Shown here one piece after another: positions 1 to 6,254 of a DNA stretch of 32,000 bases. The stretch is taken from assembly GCF_000020385.1 (NCBI RefSeq), contig NC_010814.1, positions 2,400,001 to 2,432,000 of the forward strand, given 5' to 3'. Each line of letters begins with the position of its first letter. The stretch's first letter is position 1. The translations under genes and the position numbers were made by a program. This stretch comes from Trichlorobacter lovleyi SZ (GTDB taxonomy: Bacteria; Desulfobacterota; Desulfuromonadia; Geobacterales; Pseudopelobacteraceae). Below the pieces are notes generated by a model, which was not told where the DNA came from, did not search any database, and saw nothing but the letters and a program-made list of their open reading frames with translations.

Positions 1-881
1 AACTCCTGCACGGTACGGATATCATACCCCGCCTGCAGCAGATGGGTCGCAAAAGAATGCCGCAGGGTATGGGGCGTCACATTCTTGGTCAACCCCGCAT
101 CAACCGCAGCCTGCTTGATCGCCCGCTGCAGCCCCTTTTCATCCAGATGATGCCGTCTGGTCACACCGGAACGGGGATCAACCGATAACCGCGCAGACGG
201 AAAGACATACTGCCAGACCCACTCCCGCCCGGCATTGGGATACTTGCGGGCAACACTCTCAGACAGCCAGACCTCACCGTACCCCTTTAAAAGATCCTGC
301 TCATGCGCCTGCTTTACCTGTTTCAGATGTTCCTGCAACGGCTTGAGCAATGACTGTGGCAGCATGGTCACCCGGTCTTTACCCCCCTTACCCTCCCGAA
401 TCAGCAGCTCGGCTCTTTCAAAATCAAGATCCTGCACACGCAGCCGCAACCCCTCCAGCAAACGCATACCGGTACCGTACATCAGACGGGCCAACAAAGC
501 ATAGGCCTGTGGCACATGGGCCAGCAGAGAATGCACCTCTTTCTCGGTCAGCACCACCGGCAACCGCTTCGGCTTTTTGGCCTGTTCCACCTCATCCAGC
601 CAGGGCAACTGAATTTCAAGCACCTCTTTATACAGAAACTGCAGAGCTGCCTTGGCCTGATTCTGGGTGGCAGCCGCCACCTGCCGCTCAGTCGCCAGGT
701 ACGTTAAAAACCCCTCAATTTCTTTCTTGCCCATCTCTTGCGGGTGCCGTTTATTGTGATACAGTATGTAACGCTTTGCCCAGTCAAGGTACACATCCTC
801 AGTCCGGCGGCTGTAATGTTTCAACCTGATACGATCACGCAACTGGTCCAGCAACTTCGGCTTGGCAGATTGATTTTGCAT
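1..881 (-). CDS. intI: Integron integrase IntI (tyrosine recombinase); the C-terminal ~40 aa lie beyond the window edge
   Basis: The reverse translation starts [42 protein letters not shown] (ATG at 881-879). It contains [23 protein letters not shown] and GKGGKDR. It also has the IntI-specific segment [35 protein letters not shown], followed by [23 protein letters not shown] at the edge. The ORF is absent from the ORF track because it runs off the window. Confidence 0.95.
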   Translation of the reverse strand, partial: MQNQSAKPKLLDQLRDRIRLKHYSRRTEDVYLDWAKRYILYHNKRHPQEMGKKEIEGFLTYLATERQVAAATQNQAKAALQFLYKEVLEIQLPWLDEVEQAKKPKRLPVVLTEKEVHSLLAHVPQAYALLARLMYGTGMRLLEGLRLRVQDLDFERAELLIREGKGGKDRVTMLPQSLLKPLQEHLKQVKQAHEQDLLKGYGEVWLSESVARKYPNAGREWVWQYVFPSARLSVDPRSGVTRRHHLDEKGLQRAIKQAAVDAGLTKNVTPHTLRHSFATHLLQAGYDIRTVQE

Positions 882-1021
882 GACGTTTTCCCCTTTATAT
901 TTAGGACGTTTTTTATTTGTGTTAGGCAAATAATAACAGCTAATTGAGAAAAGTCACGCTACACAAACCGACAATTTGACGTTTTTTACAAAAAATTTAG
1001 GACGTCTAATAAACGTTAGAG
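882..1021 (+). other. attI region and intI/cassette divergent promoter region; crossover core GTTAGAG at 1015-1021
   Basis: The exact duplicate of cassette 6 begins right after G1015, which places the recombination point at G|TT. TTAGG-type putative IntI-binding motifs occur at 901-909 and 997-1005 (both TTAGGACGT) and at 924-930 (GTTAGGC). Confidence 0.7.
985..1012 (+). promoter_or_regulatory. Candidate cassette promoter Pc (TTTACA-N16-TAATAA) firing into the array
   Basis: The -35-like TTTACA is at 985-990 and the -10-like TAATAA at 1007-1012, with a 16-nt spacer. The site lies 3 nt upstream of the attI crossover. This is a hexamer match by eye only. Confidence 0.3.
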
Positions 1022-1043
1022 AATGTTTTGTAGGAGGTCGTAA

Positions 1044-1403
1044 GTGACCAGCCTTGTATGGATTTTACCTATTGCAATTGTATTGGTTTTTTTCGTTATG
1101 GGCAGAAGTGCTTTCATTACCTTCATCAGAGATGACATTCCAATTTTTGCAAGAGCGTGGTCGGAATCATCGCCAACACAGAAGGTTTCAATTAGGTTAT
1201 CATTATTCCTTTATGTTTTTGTCCCCTATGCAAAGTTTGTATTTACTGACCACCCCAAAACTCTCCAAGTTTTTACTGATCATGTAGCTCCATTTTTATA
1301 CGGGCTTGCTGAAGCACTATTAGCGGTCGGCTTTGTTATATTCATACTCAGAACAAATCGTAGACATGCCTTATTACGAATAATGAGAAGGCAGCGACGG
1401 TAG
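1044..1403 (+). CDS. Cassette 1: hypothetical small membrane protein (119 aa, about 3 TM segments, basic C-terminal tail)
   Basis: GTG start preceded by AGGAGG (1032-1037) with a 6-nt spacer. The protein has hydrophobic segments. It is identical to the ORF at 3801-4160. Confidence 0.75.
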   Translation: MTSLVWILPIAIVLVFFVMGRSAFITFIRDDIPIFARAWSESSPTQKVSIRLSLFLYVFVPYAKFVFTDHPKTLQVFTDHVAPFLYGLAEALLAVGFVIFILRTNRRHALLRIMRRQRR

Positions 1404-1416
1404 CCAAGCAACCATT

Positions 1417-1548
1417 CTCTAACGGCTCAATCAACTCGGACTGGCTAACTGTCCGCGCAATTTCAGCAGTTTCGCAATCGTCAGTTAGTCAGTTAGTCAA
1501 GCAGCACCGCTCCGGCGTCGCCAGCCGGTTATCTCGTACACGTTAGGC
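1417..1548 (+). repeat. attC site 1 (type A)
   Basis: R'' CTCTAAC at 1417-1423; L'' AAC(T)CGG(A)CTGGC; L' GCCAGCCGGTT; R' GTTAGGC at 1542-1548. Confidence 0.9.
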
Positions 1549-1553
1549 GCATT

Positions 1554-1955
1554 ATGCAAGCCAGCATCAATTTTAAAATTACAAAAATTGCAGTGGCTAT
1601 TGTCAGCGGCTTACTCACAGTATTTTTTGTGCCCTGGGCTGTGTCGTTTGTGCTTGCCAGCTTTAGCTGGTTGCCTGCAACAACAGGTTTCGTACATTTT
1701 TTCATAGGGTTAGCAGCTCTGGTGGGCGTAATCGCATTTTGGTTTCGTTTTTTTAGTAGTCCACCTTTCAGTGCATTACGACGCTGGGTGCTTTCAATCA
1801 GCATTGTTTGCGGTATTTGCTCGGCATTATCGGTGCTTGTGTTGCTAACTATTCGGGCATCATGGGATTTTAACGGTATAACAGCGGCATTACTTTTCAG
1901 TGTTTTCATAGGTGTTTTGGCCATTGCATCACTATGGTTGCCTACAAACGCCTAA
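1554..1955 (+). CDS. Cassette 2: hypothetical membrane protein (133 aa, about 4 TM segments)
   Basis: ATG ORF with strongly hydrophobic segments. The stop TAA is the TAA of the attC R'' box. A paralogue lies at 2087-2488. Confidence 0.7.
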   Translation: MQASINFKITKIAVAIVSGLLTVFFVPWAVSFVLASFSWLPATTGFVHFFIGLAALVGVIAFWFRFFSSPPFSALRRWVLSISIVCGICSALSVLVLLTIRASWDFNGITAALLFSVFIGVLAIASLWLPTNA

Positions 1956-2081
1956 CGGCTCAATCAACTCGGACTGGCTTACTGTGCGCTGAATTTCACC
2001 AGTTTCTCAGTCGGAAGTATGTCGGTTAGTCAAGCAGCATCGCTCCGGCATCGCCAGCCGGTTATCTCGTAAACGTTAGGC
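1950..2081 (+). repeat. attC site 2 (type A)
   Basis: R'' GCCTAAC at 1950-1956; R' GTTAGGC at 2075-2081; same arms as the consensus. Confidence 0.9.
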
Positions 2082-2086
2082 GCATT

Positions 2087-2488
2087 ATGCAAGCCAGCAT
2101 CAATTTTAAAATTGCAAAAATTGCAGTGGCTATTGTCAGCGGCTTACTCACAGTATTTTTTGTGCCCTGGGCTGTGTCGTTTGTGCTTGCCAGCTTTAGC
2201 TGGTTGCCTGCAACAACAGGTTTCGAACATTTTTTCATAGGGTTAGCAGCTCTGGTAGGCGTAATCGCATTTTGGTTTCGTTTTTTTAGTAGTCCGCCTT
2301 TCAGTGCATTACGACGCTGGGTGCTTTCAATCAGCATTGTTTGCGGTATTTGCTCGGCATTATCGGTGCTTGTGTTGCTAACTATTCGGGCATCATGGGA
2401 TTTTAACGGTATAACAGCGGCATTACTTCTCAGTGTTTTCATAGGTGTTTTGGCCATTGCATCACTATGGTTGCCTACAAACGCCTAA
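2087..2488 (+). CDS. Cassette 3: hypothetical membrane protein (133 aa), diverged duplicate of cassette 2
   Basis: It differs from 1554-1955 by 5 nt, giving T10A, V47E and F115L plus 2 synonymous changes. Confidence 0.7.
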   Translation: MQASINFKIAKIAVAIVSGLLTVFFVPWAVSFVLASFSWLPATTGFEHFFIGLAALVGVIAFWFRFFSSPPFSALRRWVLSISIVCGICSALSVLVLLTIRASWDFNGITAALLLSVFIGVLAIASLWLPTNA

Positions 2489-2614
2489 CGGCTCAATCAA
2501 CTCGGACTGGCTTACTGTGCGCTGAATTCCACCAGTTTCTCAGTCGTCAGTTGCTCGGTTAGCCAAGCAGCATCGCTCCGGCGTCGCCAGCCGGTTATCT
2601 CGTAAACGTTAGGT
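2483..2614 (+). repeat. attC site 3 (type A)
   Basis: R'' GCCTAAC at 2483-2489; R' GTTAGGT at 2608-2614. Confidence 0.9.
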
Positions 2615-2842
2615 ACTCAATCGGCGGCGTGCAATATTTCCACTGTTAGCAAGGCATTCTCGGCACACTCTATTATGTTTTTCACAAAAGTAATCGCTGC
2701 ATCCAGTGCTGGAGTACAGCAGTTCAACCAGCCTGTGTTCCTCACGCCAATAGCATACGTCGCATAATTCAGGGTGTTTTCCAGCTTGCCTGCCGTGTGA
2801 CATTTCGTTAATCGCAAAACTTCCGCATTTGCATCGTTTCAC
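2609..2842 (-). CDS. Cassette 4: reverse-oriented Cys-rich small protein (about 77 aa from GTG 2842; zinc-finger-like CxC...CxxC...CxxC)
   Basis: The only sizeable ORF in this cassette. Sequence: VKRCKCGSFAINEMSHGRQAGKHPELCDVCYWREEHRLVELLYSSTGCSDYFCEKHNRVCRECLANSG. The track start (TTG 2863) lies inside attC4, so an internal GTG is preferred. The stop is the TTA of the R' core read in reverse. The start and even the frame are uncertain. Confidence 0.4.
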   Translation of the reverse strand: MKRCKCGSFAINEMSHGRQAGKHPELCDVCYWREEHRLVELLYSSTGCSDYFCEKHNRVCRECLANSGNIARRRLST

Positions 2843-2850
2843 GGTGTCGT

Positions 2851-2971
2851 ACCTAACGCGCAATCAAGCGGGACTGGCTTACTCTGCGTTGAATTGTTCT
2901 CACTCATAGTCTTGCTCCTTCTGTCTGTATGGTGGCTGTTCACGCCAGCCCCTTATCTGTGTACGTTAGGT
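2851..2971 (+). repeat. attC site 4 (type B, 121 bp)
   Basis: R'' ACCTAAC at 2851-2857; L'' AAG(C)GGG(A)CTGGC; L' GCCAGCCCCTT; R' GTTAGGT at 2965-2971. The central loop is unique. Confidence 0.85.
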
Positions 2972-2999
2972 TGCTAAAAATGGGGGGGGAAATTGCAGG

Positions 3000-3332
3000 C
3001 TAATGTACGTATGCGGTAGATTGTTTTAGTTGCTCTACCACCCAGGCATTCATGCTTTTCCCGGCAATACGTGCAGAAGAATAAATCCTACGGTGGAGGT
3101 CAGGCGGAATACGAACCATGAACTTGCCGGTAAACGGTTTTTCTGGTTCATGGCCCAATTGAGCGCAGAAATCGAGATAGTCTTCTACGGAATCATGAAA
3201 AGCCTGTTTTATTTCGGCTACTGTGGTCCCCTGAAATGTTATTACGTCACGGGTGTTAATTACTTCACCGTGGAAAATTTCTGCTTCATCATCAAACTCA
3301 ACTTTGCCAATATATCCTTTATATTCCATCAT
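3000..3332 (-). CDS. hicB: Cassette 5: HicB-family antitoxin (110 aa)
   Basis: MMEYKGYIGKVEFDDEAEIFHGEV...PEKPFTGKFMVRIPPDLHRRIYSSARIAGKSMNAWVVEQL shows a HicB N-terminal fold pattern plus a C-terminal RHH-like DNA-binding tail. It has a 4-nt ATGA overlap with the upstream hicA. Confidence 0.85.
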   Translation of the reverse strand: MMEYKGYIGKVEFDDEAEIFHGEVINTRDVITFQGTTVAEIKQAFHDSVEDYLDFCAQLGHEPEKPFTGKFMVRIPPDLHRRIYSSARIAGKSMNAWVVEQLKQSTAYVH

Positions 3333-3583
3333 GGCTTTATACCTCCTGCTTCAAGAAACCTTTTGACTGAAACGACTGCACCTTTGTCTGTTTCCTTTTG
3401 CGGATGTGGTCGGTGAAAGGTGGCTTTGACATCATTCAACAAAAACCGTACTCGTGAGCCATTGCCTTCAAACCTTTGTGCGCCTACGGCCAGAAGCAAC
3501 GACTCAATGTCAGACCATGCAATATTTGAAAGAGCTGGCTCAGTGAATATTGCATCTAATGTTTTACGGTGTTTGTTGTTCAT
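3329..3583 (-). CDS. hicA: Cassette 5: HicA-family mRNA-interferase toxin (84 aa)
   Basis: MNNKHRKTLDAIF...GSRVRFLLNDVKATFHRPHPQKETDKGAVVSVKRFLEAGGIKP contains the HicA/YcfA-type HxPHP motif. The toxin-first gene order is typical of hicAB. Confidence 0.85.
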   Translation of the reverse strand: MNNKHRKTLDAIFTEPALSNIAWSDIESLLLAVGAQRFEGNGSRVRFLLNDVKATFHRPHPQKETDKGAVVSVKRFLEAGGIKP

Positions 3584-3591
3584 GCAAATAC

Positions 3592-3616
3592 AGTATCACT
3601 AATTGATACTATTGTA
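3592..3616 (-). promoter_or_regulatory. hicAB promoter/operator: -10-like TACAAT followed by the palindrome AGTATCA-N5-TGATACT
   Basis: The plus strand reads AGTATCActaatTGATACT at 3592-3610 and attgta at 3611-3616. The equivalent architecture is conserved upstream of the second hicA copy. Confidence 0.4.
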
Positions 3617-3646
3617 CAGGGGCAAATTAGCCAATAGAGGCCTGCA

Positions 3647-3778
3647 ACCTAACGGCTCAATCAACTCGGACTGGCTTACTGTGCGCTGAATTTCACCAGT
3701 TCCTCAGTCGTCAGTTGGTCGGTTAGTCAGGCAGCACCGCTCCGGCATCGCCAGCCGGTTATCTCGTGAACGTTAGAG
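3647..3778 (+). repeat. attC site 5 (type A)
   Basis: R'' ACCTAAC at 3647-3653; R' GTTAGAG at 3772-3778. Confidence 0.9.
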
Positions 3779-3800
3779 AATGTTTTGTAGGAGGTCGTAA

Positions 3801-4160
3801 GTGACCAGCCTTGTATGGATTTTACCTATTGCAATTGTATTGGTTTTTTTCGTTATGGGCAGAAGTGCTTTCATTACCTTCATCAGAGATGACATTCCAA
3901 TTTTTGCAAGAGCGTGGTCGGAATCATCGCCAACACAGAAGGTTTCAATTAGGTTATCATTATTCCTTTATGTTTTTGTCCCCTATGCAAAGTTTGTATT
4001 TACTGACCACCCCAAAACTCTCCAAGTTTTTACTGATCATGTAGCTCCATTTTTATACGGGCTTGCTGAAGCACTATTAGCGGTCGGCTTTGTTATATTC
4101 ATACTCAGAACAAATCGTAGACATGCCTTATTACGAATAATGAGAAGGCAGCGACGGTAG
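3801..4160 (+). CDS. Cassette 6: hypothetical small membrane protein (119 aa), identical to the cassette 1 ORF
   Basis: Same protein and same nucleotide sequence as 1044-1403, at an offset of 2757 nt. Confidence 0.75.
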   Translation: MTSLVWILPIAIVLVFFVMGRSAFITFIRDDIPIFARAWSESSPTQKVSIRLSLFLYVFVPYAKFVFTDHPKTLQVFTDHVAPFLYGLAEALLAVGFVIFILRTNRRHALLRIMRRQRR

Positions 4161-4173
4161 CCAAGCAACCATT

Positions 4174-4305
4174 CTCTAACGGCTCAATCAACTCGGACTG
4201 GCTAACTGTCCGCGCAATTTCAGCAGTTTCGCAATCGTCAGTTAGTCAGTTAGTCAAGCAGCACCGCTCCGGCGTCGCCAGCCGGTTATCTCGTACACGT
4301 TAGAC
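4174..4305 (+). repeat. attC site 6 (type A), identical to attC1
   Basis: R'' CTCTAAC at 4174-4180; R' GTTAGAC at 4299-4305. Confidence 0.9.
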
Positions 4306-4518
4306 CCTATTGGAAAAAATCATCAAACCGTCGTCGGTCTGACAGCCGGTGGCATAAACAATCAGGTTAAAAGATGGGTCTCTACTTGGTACCGCTGTTG
4401 GTTTACAATCAAACGTAAGAGGCGGTATTATGCTCAGTTGTATCTTACCAGAACGCACTGCATCTACGGACACGTCCTCAACTTTACGCCACCCGTTGTA
4501 ATCAATCATTACTCGCAT
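4300..4518 (-). CDS. Cassette 7: reverse-oriented hypothetical protein (72 aa)
   Basis: ATG preceded by GGAGA with a 5-nt spacer (minus strand ...cacGGAGAaaagcATG). The stop TAA is the reverse reading of the TTA at the cassette's left boundary. Confidence 0.6.
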   Translation of the reverse strand: MRVMIDYNGWRKVEDVSVDAVRSGKIQLSIIPPLTFDCKPTAVPSRDPSFNLIVYATGCQTDDGLMIFSNRV

Positions 4519-4547
4519 GCTTTTCTCCGTGGTTAATTGGTAGGCGG

Positions 4548-4679
4548 GTCTAACGGCTCAATTAAGCGGGACTGGCTTACGGCGTCTTGATTAGCACGTT
4601 TGTCAAAGTAACACCTTGGTCTGAGAGCTGGCTCCCGTCCCTGTTGCCCAGCCAGCCCCTTATCTCGTACACGTTAGGG
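4548..4679 (+). repeat. attC site 7 (type B)
   Basis: R'' GTCTAAC at 4548-4554; L'' AAG(C)GGG(A)CTGGC; L' GCCAGCCCCTT; R' GTTAGGG at 4673-4679. The central loop is unique. Confidence 0.85.
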
Positions 4680-4692
4680 GGCAATTGAATAT

Positions 4693-5202
4693 ATGTCTTG
4701 GGAACCTAAAAGTGTCCGTAACAAAAAAGAAATTAAAATCACTTTAAAGCAATGCCATTTGTTTTCTCTTTTTGCATTTATATGGACCGTTATATATCTA
4801 TTAATATTCGTATTATCGGTCAGTAGCAAAATTGAAGTAACACACGGTGCTCCGTTTACATCACCAGAAACTAGTTTCACAATAATGAAGTTTGTATTTT
4901 TCGGCACTGTTATACTACTTGTTTACAATGCCATATATTGTTGGGTTAAGTATTATAAAAATGAATCGTATGTCACATACGCAGGAAGCAGCAGTTTGGT
5001 ATTAAAACAGGTAAGACCTGTGGTTGGCATAGTTGTATCTGTATTTGTTACATTGATTTCAATAGAGTATTACATGTACACAGGAGACTTTACAGGCTTC
5101 TTCATAACTGTAATATCTCCAATGCTATTATTGCTTACATCAATAATAGTGTTACTAAAAAGACTTTCCTCAAATAGCACTGTAAATAGTAGCCCCCCCT
5201 AA
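4693..5202 (+). CDS. Cassette 8: hypothetical membrane protein (169 aa), visibly AT-rich
   Basis: ATG ORF with several hydrophobic segments. The stop TAA lies inside the R'' box of attC8. Confidence 0.65.
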   Translation: MSWEPKSVRNKKEIKITLKQCHLFSLFAFIWTVIYLLIFVLSVSSKIEVTHGAPFTSPETSFTIMKFVFFGTVILLVYNAIYCWVKYYKNESYVTYAGSSSLVLKQVRPVVGIVVSVFVTLISIEYYMYTGDFTGFFITVISPMLLLLTSIIVLLKRLSSNSTVNSSPP

Positions 5203-5328
5203 CGGCTCAATCAACTCGGACTGGCTAACTCTGCGCTGAACTTCATCTGCGTCCAAGTCGTAAGTTGGCAAGTTAGTCAGACAGCATCGCTCCGTCATCG
5301 CCAGCCGGTTATCTCGTGAACGTTAGGC
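5197..5328 (+). repeat. attC site 8 (type A)
   Basis: R'' CCCTAAC at 5197-5203; R' GTTAGGC at 5322-5328. Confidence 0.9.
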
Positions 5329-5357
5329 TTCCTTTAATTTTAAACTGGAGAATTGTT

Positions 5358-5726
5358 TTGATAGAACAGGCTACATTCAGAAAAATTAAAGACCTGATTT
5401 TTTCATTTGTTATATCAGCAATTGGAGTAGGTGCACTTGTTGGTAATGCATATGTGGCTTGTAACATTGGTTATCGTTACCACAGCATAATTCAGTTTAT
5501 AAGTTCCTCCATCATGAGTATCAGTCTTGTTTTTGCCGTTTTGCCAGCAATTCCACTAATAATCTTGTCTTTATTCGGCATTGACCTTCCATTTCGCGGC
5601 AGGGAAAGTTTTATTGAAATGAATATGTGGTTATGGGTTTATTGTGTATTTTTTTATACACTTTTCACATATTCAGTCATGCAGTATGTGCGAAAGCGTC
5701 GCGACAAAACGAATGAGAGTAATTAA
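5358..5726 (+). CDS. Cassette 9: hypothetical membrane protein (about 122 aa), AT-rich
   Basis: The track ORF starts at GTG 5316, which is inside attC8. TTG 5358 with GGAGA (5347-5351) and a 6-nt spacer is the more plausible start. The protein has hydrophobic segments throughout. Confidence 0.6.
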   Translation: MIEQATFRKIKDLIFSFVISAIGVGALVGNAYVACNIGYRYHSIIQFISSSIMSISLVFAVLPAIPLIILSLFGIDLPFRGRESFIEMNMWLWVYCVFFYTLFTYSVMQYVRKRRDKTNESN

Positions 5727-5730
5727 AAAA

Positions 5731-5852
5731 GCCTAACAGCTCAATCAAGTGGGACTGGCTTACTGTGCGCTGAATTTTTGCAGTGTCCGTCTCGTACTTT
5801 CTGTGTTTCCGGGGCTTCGAGTCGCCAGCCCCTTATCTCGTGAACGTTAGGG
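5731..5852 (+). repeat. attC site 9 (type B, 122 bp)
   Basis: R'' GCCTAAC at 5731-5737; L'' AAG(T)GGG(A)CTGGC; L' GCCAGCCCCTT; R' GTTAGGG at 5846-5852. Confidence 0.85.
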
Positions 5853-5862
5853 CCTCATAACA

Positions 5863-6060
5863 ATGAAGTCTATTTATATTTTGAGAACAATGTCTGTTTT
5901 AGCTGTAGTTTGTGGTTTTTTACTGTGCCCGCCAAAATCTATTGCATTTGACAACATTACTAATGCGACAAAAACATTTACTGCTTTGGGCTTGGCTTTA
6001 TTAGCATATTACCTTTGGAAACGATCAAACATCCAGCGCGACAGACTTCATAAGCTGTAA
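5863..6060 (+). CDS. Cassette 10: hypothetical small membrane or secreted protein (65 aa, two hydrophobic segments)
   Basis: ATG ORF filling the cassette; AT-rich; no clear Shine-Dalgarno sequence. Confidence 0.5.
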   Translation: MKSIYILRTMSVLAVVCGFLLCPPKSIAFDNITNATKTFTALGLALLAYYLWKRSNIQRDRLHKL

Positions 6061-6078
6061 ACATTTGTGCGAGCCATG

Positions 6079-6210
6079 CCCTAACGGCTCAATCAACTCG
6101 GACTGGCTTACTGTGTGCTGAATTGCACCAGTGTCCAAGTCGCAACGAATCAGGCAGTTCAGGCAGTACCGCTCCGGCATCGCCAGCCGGTTATCTCGTG
6201 AACGTTAGGG
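6079..6210 (+). repeat. attC site 10 (type A)
   Basis: R'' CCCTAAC at 6079-6085; R' GTTAGGG at 6204-6210. Confidence 0.9.
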
Positions 6211-6254
6211 GCTTATTTAACCCCTGTCTCTTAATCAACCGAAAAGAGGATAAA

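Noticed and set aside
235-947. Plus-strand ORFs (235-504, 350-829, 516-707, 738-947)
   Set aside because: They lie antisense or out of frame within the clearly recognisable intI gene. Their products are low-complexity and Pro/Ser/Ala-rich.
882-960. LexA/SOS box in the intI promoter
   Set aside because: No CTGT-N8-ACAG or GGTT-N10-ACC-type palindrome is visible by eye. This cannot be excluded without a taxon-specific motif scan.
1529-2457. 131-aa antisense ORFs (1529-1924 and 2062-2457) mirroring the cassette 2 and 3 genes
   Set aside because: They start without a ribosome-binding site and run into the upstream attC. They are the hydrophilic mirror of a well-formed 4-TM protein on the array strand. 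The substitution pattern does not favour them.
2617-2817. Alternative 66-aa minus-strand frame in cassette 4
   Set aside because: It has a TTG start with no usable spacing to a Shine-Dalgarno sequence. The overlapping frame has a zinc-finger-like Cys pattern and was preferred, though neither frame is certain.
3030-3602. Plus-strand ORFs over the hicAB cassettes (3030-3416, 3420-3602; also 12332-12718, 12606-12797)
   Set aside because: They are antisense to well-supported hicA/hicB genes and have no family resemblance.
6123-6254. N-terminal extension of the BFD-like ORF (track start 6123)
   Set aside because: The extension would be translated through attC10. An ATG at 6255 with AGAGGA upstream gives a compact protein confined to the cassette.
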